64,000 nt of DNA, taken from Verrucomicrobiia bacterium (GTDB lineage Bacteria; Desulfobacterota; Binatia; UBA9968). The translations under genes and the position numbers were made by a program. Below are positions 57,399 through 64,000 of the stretch, in pieces; the first letter of the stretch is position 1; each line of letters begins with the position of its first letter. The stretch covers positions 64,122 through 128,121 of the forward strand of contig DATJFG010000033.1 in the NCBI GenBank assembly GCA_035495775.1, written 5' to 3'. The notes beneath the pieces are model-generated. The model was not told the origin of the DNA. It worked only from the letters and a program-made list of their open reading frames with translations, and ran no database searches.

Positions 57399-58163
57399 AT
57401 GACGGATCTCAGCGGCAAAATCGCGCTGGTCACGGGCGGCGGAACGGGGATCGGCAAAGCGATCGCCGAAGCGCTGGCCGAAAGCGGAGCGCGCGTCGCC
57501 GTGGCGTCGCGCAATCCTTCGCATCTTCAATTCGCGAAAGCGGACGGTTCCTTTATAGCGATCGAAATGGACGTGCGCAATAAGGCGCAGGTCCAGACCG
57601 GCGTTGGTAAAATCAGCGAGCGTTTGGGACCCATCGATATTTTGATCAATAATGCCGGCGTTTCGGGCCTGACGACGATGGACGATCCCGAAGACGGCCG
57701 CTGGCGCGACATCATCGAGACGAACCTCACCGGCTCGTATCTGGTGACCAAGGAAGTTCTGAAGTTTATGAAGAACAATACCCACGGCCGGATCATCAAC
57801 GTGTCGTCGGTCCTCGGGAAGTTCGGCGTGCCCGGCTATGCCGCATACTGCTCCGCGAAGCACGGCATCATCGGCTTCACGCGCGCCGTCGCGCTCGAAG
57901 TCGTCGGCCGCGGCATCACCGTGAACGCGATCTGCCCCGGCTGGGTCGAGACCGACATGGCGCGCCAGGGGATCGAGGAAAGCGCCGCCTTCGAAGGCAT
58001 CACCGCCGAGGCTTTCCGCAAACGCGCGGTCGAGATGGTGCCGATCAAAAGATTCCTCGACGCCGATGAAATCGCAGGGCTCGTGCTTTATCTCGTCTCG
58101 AAGAAAGCGTCAGGAATCACGGGCCAGGCGATCAACATCTGCGGCGGGCAGACGATGGTTTGA
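57399..58163 (+). CDS. SDR-family oxidoreductase (FabG-like)
   Basis: TGGGTGIG and YCSAK motifs. Confidence 0.85.
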   Translation: MTDLSGKIALVTGGGTGIGKAIAEALAESGARVAVASRNPSHLQFAKADGSFIAIEMDVRNKAQVQTGVGKISERLGPIDILINNAGVSGLTTMDDPEDGRWRDIIETNLTGSYLVTKEVLKFMKNNTHGRIINVSSVLGKFGVPGYAAYCSAKHGIIGFTRAVALEVVGRGITVNAICPGWVETDMARQGIEESAAFEGITAEAFRKRAVEMVPIKRFLDADEIAGLVLYLVSKKASGITGQAINICGGQTMV

Positions 58164-58193
58164 GCCGCCTCGGCTCTGCGCGCAGCGAAACTC

Positions 58194-59714
58194 GTGAACG
58201 AAAATATCCTCGAAATTCATAATCCGGCGACCGGCGCTAAGCTCGCGGATGTGCCCGCCGCCTCCGTCGAAGACGTCCGGCGCGCCATCGAGGACGCGCG
58301 CGCGGCGCAAGCCCGCTGGGCGCAAAAAAGCTTTGATGACCGCGCGGAGATCCTCTATCGCTACCGCGATCTTTTGATCGATCACCAGGAAAAGATGGCC
58401 GATCTCGTCACCGGCGAGACCGGCAAGCCGCGCAGCGAGGTTTACGGCAACGAGCTGTTTTATCTCTATGACGCGATCGGATTCTGGGCCAAGCATGCGG
58501 TAAAGTACTTGAAGCCCGAAAACATCCGGCCCCATCTCTTCAAAAGCAAGAAGGTCGTATCGATTTATAGCCCGATCGGCGTCGTCGGCGTCATCGGGCC
58601 GTGGAATTTTCCCCTCGTGCTCACGATCGGCGACGCGGTCCCGGCGCTGATGGCGGGTAACGCAGTGATCATCAAGCCGTCGGAGCTGACGCCGCTTTCC
58701 GCCCGTTTCGCCGCCGAGCTGGCGGAAAAAGCCGGCTGGCCGGAAAAGCTCCTGCAGGTCCTGCCGGGCTACGGCGCCACGGCCGAGGCGCTGATCGACC
58801 ATGCCGACATGATCTTGTTTACCGGCAGCGTCGAGACCGGCAAGAAAGTAATGCGCCGGGCGGCCGAGCGGCTCATTCCGGTCGCGCTCGAACTCGGCGG
58901 CAAGGACGCCATGATCGTGCTCAAGGACGCCGACCTCGACCGCGCGGCGGGCGCGTGCGTCTGGGGCGCGCTCATGAACTCGGGCCAGGTCTGCACCTCG
59001 ATCGAGCGCGTCTATGTCGAGGAAGCGGTCTACCAGCCGTTCGTCGATCGGGTCCTCGAACGGGTCCGGAAACTCCGCCAGGGGCCGAGCGAAGCCGTCG
59101 TCGAGCTCGGCAGCATGACTTCGTCGGCCCAGCTCGACAAGGTCGCGGCGCAAATCCACGACGCCGTCGACAAAGGCGCTAAGATCTTGCATGGGGGGAG
59201 AAAAAATCCGAGCCTGAACGGCTTTTATTACGAGCCGACCGTGCTGGTCGACGTCGACCATCGCATGAGCGTCATGACAGAAGAGACGTTCGGTCCGGTG
59301 ATTCCGATCATGAAGGTCTCCGACGCGGAGGAAGCGATCCGGCTCGCGAACGATTCTCGCTATGGACTCGACGGCAGTGTGTTTACCGCCGACCGCGAAC
59401 GTGGCCGGCTGATCGCCGAAAGGATTGAAGCCGGCGCGGTCTGTGTGAACGACGGGCTGGTTAATTTCGTCATTACGGAGGCACCGATGGGGGGCGTCAA
59501 GCAAAGCGGCATCGGCAGACGCCACGGCGTGGAAGGCATTCGAAAATACTGCCGGCAAAAGACCATCGTCATCGACCGTTTTGGGATGAAGAGCGAGCCA
59601 AATTGGTTTCCGGCATCCAAGCTTAAAACTCAGGCCGTGCGCTCCGCGCTCAGGCTTTTCTATCGGTCGGGATGGAGCAATAAGCTCTTCGGATGGCGGC
59701 GCGGCGCAGGTTGA
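58194..59714 (+). CDS. NAD(P)-dependent aldehyde dehydrogenase
   Basis: ALDH catalytic motifs ELGGKD and GQVCTS. Confidence 0.9.
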   Translation: MNENILEIHNPATGAKLADVPAASVEDVRRAIEDARAAQARWAQKSFDDRAEILYRYRDLLIDHQEKMADLVTGETGKPRSEVYGNELFYLYDAIGFWAKHAVKYLKPENIRPHLFKSKKVVSIYSPIGVVGVIGPWNFPLVLTIGDAVPALMAGNAVIIKPSELTPLSARFAAELAEKAGWPEKLLQVLPGYGATAEALIDHADMILFTGSVETGKKVMRRAAERLIPVALELGGKDAMIVLKDADLDRAAGACVWGALMNSGQVCTSIERVYVEEAVYQPFVDRVLERVRKLRQGPSEAVVELGSMTSSAQLDKVAAQIHDAVDKGAKILHGGRKNPSLNGFYYEPTVLVDVDHRMSVMTEETFGPVIPIMKVSDAEEAIRLANDSRYGLDGSVFTADRERGRLIAERIEAGAVCVNDGLVNFVITEAPMGGVKQSGIGRRHGVEGIRKYCRQKTIVIDRFGMKSEPNWFPASKLKTQAVRSALRLFYRSGWSNKLFGWRRGAG

Positions 59715-59812
59715 AATTAAGATCAAAAGCTATTGACTTAAATATCGATTGAGGCAATATCACCAGAACCGGACAGACCAGTCCCGGGTCCGGGTTCTAC
59801 GAAGGAGAATCT

Positions 59813-61189
59813 ATGAGCAAAGATTTACGGAGCTTTATCGCTCAGGAAGAAAAAAAACATCCGGGTTCCGTACTTCACGTTAAAGACCCGATCGATCCCA
59901 ACAAGCACGAGACGATGGCGTATCTGAAGCATCTCGACCAGCGCGGCGAGCAGAAAATGGTTTGGTTCGAGAACATCGTCAACTTAAACGGCGATGCGAC
60001 GCCCTTCACGCTTTTTTATAATCCCTGGGTTACGCGCCACTACGTCGCCGACTCGCTCGACATGAACGATCTCAGAGCGCCGATGGACGTGAGCCTCGAG
60101 GTCGCTCGCCGCGAGCTTCGCAAGGGCGAGATCGAGGCCGTCGCGCCGTCCCGGGCGCCGTGCAAGGAAGTCGTCAAGAAGGGCGGCGAGGCCGACTTGA
60201 GGACGCTGCCGATTCCCATGCACCAGAAAGACGACATCGGCGCCTATCTCACGATGGTCTGCGTGATGAAAGGCATGGACAAGGATTTCTACGACATCAC
60301 GTTCACCAAAAATATGTATTTCGGGCCGCGCCGCATGAGCTTCTCGGCCCATCCGCACCACCATCTCGAGGCGATGACGACGGAATACGAGAAGCATAAC
60401 CGCCGCGCGCCGGTCGTCGTCGTCCTCGGGCATCATCCCGCGTTTTTCCTCTCGTGTTGCGCGATGACGCCGTACGGCAACAACGATTATATGACCGCGT
60501 CGGGCTTTTTGGGCGAGCCGCTCAGGATGACACCGTCGGAGACCTGGGGCGAGGATTTTCTCGTGCCGGCCGATGCGGAAGTCGTCATCGAGGGCGAAGT
60601 GCCGCCCAACATGCGCGAGTCGCAGAATCCCTTCGGCGAGATCCTCGGCTATTATCAGGGCGAGATGAAAATGCCCGTGATCGAAGTCACGGCGATCACC
60701 TATCGAAAAAACGGCATCGTGGAGGACTTCTGGCCGGGCCAGATGGACCATTGGAATCTCGGCAGCATCCCGAAAGAGGGCAGCGTCTATAACGTCATCA
60801 AAAAGAATGTCCCGGGCATCAAGGCGATTCACCTGCCCGCCTCTGGCTGCGGCCGCCTCATCTGCTACATCTCGATCAAGAAGGAATTCATCAACGATCC
60901 GAACAAAGCGGCGATGCAGGCGTTCGTCGAGATGCCGAACCTAAAACTCTGCGTCGTCGTCGACGACGACATCGACGTCTTCAATGAGCGCGAGGTCATG
61001 TGGGCAGTGAGCACGCGGACGCACTGGGACAAGGACATCGAGATCGTGCGCAAGGTACAGAGCTTCCGCGGCTGGCTCGGCGACGCGGTCGCCATGATCG
61101 ATGCGACCAAACCGCTCAAGGGGGAATTCCCAAAGCGCAACGAGATTCCCGAAGAGGCGCTGCAACGGGTGAGCCGGTTCTTTAAGTAG
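59813..61189 (+). CDS. UbiD-family (prenylated-FMN-dependent) decarboxylase
   Basis: The 458-aa length and overall sequence look UbiD-like. No UbiX is present in the window. Confidence 0.7.
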   Translation: MSKDLRSFIAQEEKKHPGSVLHVKDPIDPNKHETMAYLKHLDQRGEQKMVWFENIVNLNGDATPFTLFYNPWVTRHYVADSLDMNDLRAPMDVSLEVARRELRKGEIEAVAPSRAPCKEVVKKGGEADLRTLPIPMHQKDDIGAYLTMVCVMKGMDKDFYDITFTKNMYFGPRRMSFSAHPHHHLEAMTTEYEKHNRRAPVVVVLGHHPAFFLSCCAMTPYGNNDYMTASGFLGEPLRMTPSETWGEDFLVPADAEVVIEGEVPPNMRESQNPFGEILGYYQGEMKMPVIEVTAITYRKNGIVEDFWPGQMDHWNLGSIPKEGSVYNVIKKNVPGIKAIHLPASGCGRLICYISIKKEFINDPNKAAMQAFVEMPNLKLCVVVDDDIDVFNEREVMWAVSTRTHWDKDIEIVRKVQSFRGWLGDAVAMIDATKPLKGEFPKRNEIPEEALQRVSRFFK

Positions 61190-61197
61190 GGGGGAAG

Positions 61198-61317
61198 ATG
61201 GAAAAGTGGGTGCCGATCTTCTGGATCGTGGGACTCTGCGTCGCTTTTTTCGCGGTGCTGATGATCATGGACTATCTGAAGATGAAAAGAAAAAAGCCCG
61301 ACCACAGGATCCGTTAA
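61198..61317 (+). CDS. small membrane peptide (39 aa) downstream of the UbiD-family gene
   Basis: Absent from the ORF track because it is under 60 aa. ATG 9 bp after the UbiD stop with a G-rich SD. Sequence MEKWVPIFWIVGLCVAFFAVLMIMDYLKMKRKKPDHRIR, one TM helix. Confidence 0.35.
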   Translation: MEKWVPIFWIVGLCVAFFAVLMIMDYLKMKRKKPDHRIR

Positions 61318-61335
61318 CTTGATATCTATGCATCG

Positions 61336-62208
61336 ATGAACTCGAACGTCATTCCCGGACTGAAGCTTTTAAAAAGCGGCAAAGTGCGCGAGATGTACGA
61401 TCTCGGCGACCAGCTCTTGATGGTCGCCTCCGACCGCATCTCGTGCTTCGATGTCGTCCTACCGACCGAAATCCCCGAGAAGGGAAAAATCCTGACCGCG
61501 CTCTCGGCCTACTGGTTCAAGGCGATGGAAGACATCATCCCGCATCACCTTGTCACCACCGACGTGACGAAATTTCCCGCCGAGTGCCGGGCGCACAGCG
61601 GGCTGCTCGAGGGTCGCAGCATGCTGGTGAAGCGCACCGACCCTGCGCCGGTCGAGTGCATCGTGCGCGGCTATCTCGTGGGATCCGGCTGGAAGGAATA
61701 TCAGGAGACCGGCAAAGTCTGCGGCATCCCGCTCGCGGCGGGACTGGTCGAGGCCTCGCGCCTGGACGAGCCCATCTTCACGCCGTCGACCAAGGCCGAA
61801 GTCGGCGAACACGACATCAATATCGATTTCAATAAGATGGTCGACATGGTCGGCAGAAAATACGCCGAGCAGCTCCGTGACTCGAGCCTTGCGATTTATG
61901 TCCGCGCGCGCAAGATGGCCGAAGAAAAAGGCATCATCATCGCCGACACCAAGTTCGAGTTCGGCGTGCGCGACGGAAGACTGATCCTGATCGATGAGGT
62001 TTTGACGCCCGACTCTTCGCGCTTCTGGCCCATGGAAGGCTACCGTCCGGGCAGTTCGCCCGAGAGCTTCGATAAACAGTACGTCCGCGACTATCTCGTC
62101 TGCAGCAACTGGGACCCGAACAACCCGCCCGACCTGCCGCCGGAAGTGATCCGCAAGACGCAGAATAAATACGCCGAGGCGCTGCGCCGTCTCACCGCGA
62201 AGAACTAG
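61336..62208 (+). CDS. purC: phosphoribosylaminoimidazole-succinocarboxamide synthase (SAICAR synthetase)
   Basis: SAICAR synthetase signatures across the full length. Confidence 0.9.
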   Translation: MNSNVIPGLKLLKSGKVREMYDLGDQLLMVASDRISCFDVVLPTEIPEKGKILTALSAYWFKAMEDIIPHHLVTTDVTKFPAECRAHSGLLEGRSMLVKRTDPAPVECIVRGYLVGSGWKEYQETGKVCGIPLAAGLVEASRLDEPIFTPSTKAEVGEHDINIDFNKMVDMVGRKYAEQLRDSSLAIYVRARKMAEEKGIIIADTKFEFGVRDGRLILIDEVLTPDSSRFWPMEGYRPGSSPESFDKQYVRDYLVCSNWDPNNPPDLPPEVIRKTQNKYAEALRRLTAKN

Positions 62209-62245
62209 CCTTATCCATCTGCAAAGACGCGCCTGAAGGCCGGAA

Positions 62246-63490
62246 GTGATCACCTTCCCCCCGGAACACGACTTTGCACTGTTTCTTCTGCAGCTCTCGA
62301 TCGTCCTTTCGTTCGTGCTCGCGCTCGGCGGTCTGTTCCGCCGTATAGGACAGGCCGCCGTCGTCGGCGAGATCTGCGCCGGCGTGATTCTCGGTCCATC
62401 CGGTCTCGGCTTCGTCGCCCCTGGCATCTTCAATACGATCTTCGCTCCCGGCAGCACACAGATCCTCGGCAGCGTCGCCTGGCTCGGCAGCATCTTTTTG
62501 CTGTTCGCCGCGGGCATGGAGGTGGACCTCGATCTCCTGACGAAAAAACGCGGCGTCATCCTGAACACCAGCGTCTTCGCGATCGGAGTTCCTTTTGCTC
62601 TGGGTCTCGTCTTCGGCATCTTCGTGCCGGACGCCCATCTGGTTGATCCCGAAAAGCGCTGGATCTTCGTCCTGTTCGCCGCGACCGCGATGTCGATATC
62701 GGCGATCCCGCTAGTCGCCAAAGTCCTGATGGATCTCGACCTCCTCAAGCTGGAGGTCGGGCAGCTGATCATCGGGGCCGCCGTGGTCAACGATATCGTC
62801 GGCTGGCTTTTCTTCGCTACGCTGTTGAGCCTCATGACCGGCGGAGTCGTCGGCGGAGGCTCCGTCGTCTGGATCGTCGCGCTGACGTTGGTATTCACCG
62901 CTTTTTGCCTGACGCTCGGCAGAAGATTGGTGAGCCAGCTGTTTGCCGGCGTAAGGCGCCTCGGCGTCGAACGCGAAGGCGTGCTCGGCATCGCGCTGCT
63001 GATCGCGTTTATCTGCGCCGCGTTCACGCAGTGGATCGGCATTCATGCGGTGTTCGGCGCATTTCTCGCCGGCGCCATGGTCGGCGCCACGGGAGATATC
63101 AAAGACAGCCTGCACTGGTCGCTGCGCGATTTCGTCTTTTATCTATTCGCGCCTATATTCTTTGCGTCGATGGGCTTGCGCGTTAATTTCATCGCGAATT
63201 TCGACGCTCCGCTCGTCCTCTCGATGGTCGCGATCGCCTGCGTCGGCAAAGCGGCGGGCGCCGCGTCCGGCGGCTTGGTCGGCGGCCTCACGCGCCGGGA
63301 CGCGCTGACGGTCGGCTTCGGTCTCATGCCGACCGGCGCGATGGGACTTATTCTAGCTTTCCTCGCGCTCGAAAATGGGCTGATTAAAGAATCGATTTTC
63401 GTCGGCCTCACGGCCGTGGCGATTGTCACCTCATGGCTGAGCGGACCGCTGATCCAATGGGCGAGAGGGAACGCCAAGGCGACCGAATAG
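62246..63490 (+). CDS. monovalent cation:proton antiporter (CPA family, Na+/H+ exchanger)
   Basis: Twelve or more TM helices of the Na_H_Exchanger family. Confidence 0.8.
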   Translation: MITFPPEHDFALFLLQLSIVLSFVLALGGLFRRIGQAAVVGEICAGVILGPSGLGFVAPGIFNTIFAPGSTQILGSVAWLGSIFLLFAAGMEVDLDLLTKKRGVILNTSVFAIGVPFALGLVFGIFVPDAHLVDPEKRWIFVLFAATAMSISAIPLVAKVLMDLDLLKLEVGQLIIGAAVVNDIVGWLFFATLLSLMTGGVVGGGSVVWIVALTLVFTAFCLTLGRRLVSQLFAGVRRLGVEREGVLGIALLIAFICAAFTQWIGIHAVFGAFLAGAMVGATGDIKDSLHWSLRDFVFYLFAPIFFASMGLRVNFIANFDAPLVLSMVAIACVGKAAGAASGGLVGGLTRRDALTVGFGLMPTGAMGLILAFLALENGLIKESIFVGLTAVAIVTSWLSGPLIQWARGNAKATE

Positions 63491-63507
63491 GATGCGGTGT
63501 CGAAAAG

Positions 63508-64000
63508 TTAGTCGCGGCTCGCTTCCCGGATCGCGCGACGGATGAGTCTGAATGCGCGACTAAACGGATAATCGTGCGGGATATGGATGAAGCCGCAGCG
63601 GACTTCCGGATAGTTCCGGTGAAGATAATCTAAACCTATGTACATCAAAAAGTTGCAGACATAATCTCCAGCATCACTTGATATTTCCGCGGCCCCATCG
63701 AAAGTTGCTTTATTGATTTGCAGCGTCGCTTTGAGCGATTTCGGTCCGCCGCGACGGATCGCCCTGCCCTTCTCTTCCTTGTTGTTTCGCCTTCGATTCA
63801 TCGCACGCCGCTCGATCCTGAGCTTGGTTCCCGACGAGCATTGCCCCAGGCCGAGAATGACGCCAGGATTATTTTTCCGAATCGCGGCGATGAATTGAGC
63901 TTTGTTGAAGCGAACGGGAAAAACGATCTTCTTGAGACTGGCCGAGCGCGGGAGCTTTCGTACGATTTTACTCGTGATGTTCGATTTGAATTGTTTGTAC
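63508..64000 (-). CDS. pcp: pyroglutamyl-peptidase I (peptidase C15), 5' end runs off the window
   Basis: Motifs ILGLGQ (nucleophile elbow region), DAGDYVCNF and FIHIPH. The reading frame stays open to position 64000, so the N-terminus is missing. Confidence 0.65.
   Translation of the reverse strand, partial: YKQFKSNITSKIVRKLPRSASLKKIVFPVRFNKAQFIAAIRKNNPGVILGLGQCSSGTKLRIERRAMNRRRNNKEEKGRAIRRGGPKSLKATLQINKATFDGAAEISSDAGDYVCNFLMYIGLDYLHRNYPEVRCGFIHIPHDYPFSRAFRLIRRAIREASRD

Noticed and set aside
59984-63042. 282-aa and 527-aa minus-strand ORFs antisense to the UbiD-family, purC and antiporter genes
   Set aside because: Low-complexity, Arg-rich composition. The sense strand carries confidently assigned genes.
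1-64000. CRISPR arrays, IS elements or transposases, integrases, rRNA genes
   Set aside because: No regularly spaced direct repeats, no DDE transposase, tyrosine recombinase or serine recombinase ORFs, and no rRNA-like conserved stretches were seen. The only repeats are those listed in features.

Overview
High-GC (~65-68%) bacterial chromosomal fragment, densely coded on both strands; it looks like an uncultivated soil/sediment lineage, but no taxonomic marker is present in the window. No rRNA, tRNA, CRISPR array or obvious transposase was found. Most genes are ordinary metabolism and transport. Those I could assign are: MDR-family quinone oxidoreductase, LigB-type extradiol dioxygenase, a sigma-54 two-component system, MgtE, citrate synthase, SixA, a polar amino-acid ABC transporter, ExbB/ExbD, HisI/HisG, PurC, CutA, RidA, a UbiD-family decarboxylase, aldehyde dehydrogenase, several SDRs, acyl-CoA ligase, a tryptophanase-like lyase, an FMN-dependent 2-hydroxyacid dehydrogenase, a VOC protein, a CPA antiporter, and a partial pyroglutamyl peptidase at the 3' edge. 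The stand-out locus is a co-directional, tightly spaced six-gene minus-strand cluster at 22967..32830. It encodes an NMT1/SsuA-like periplasmic binding protein, three paralogous ~560-aa secreted proteins of unknown function, and a MacB/YbbP-type dual-FtsX permease with its ABC ATPase. It lies divergent to an MltD-like LysM lytic transglycosylase, which suggests an FtsEX-like periplasmic effector system. Other notable items: a ~103-bp intergenic element duplicated 3.1 kb apart, one copy forming the mgtE leader and carrying a 9-bp inverted repeat; a near-perfect sigma-54 promoter in front of a small Met/Gly-rich secreted protein, sensor kinase and NtrC regulator; a LigA-like gene separated from LigB and translationally coupled to an orphan substrate-binding protein; three orphan NMT1-type SBPs; a low-GC single-gene island encoding an ABC-fold ATPase; and a small-TM/HNH/macro-domain operon. 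All functional calls rest on by-eye motif and family recognition from the translated ORFs. No database searches were run.
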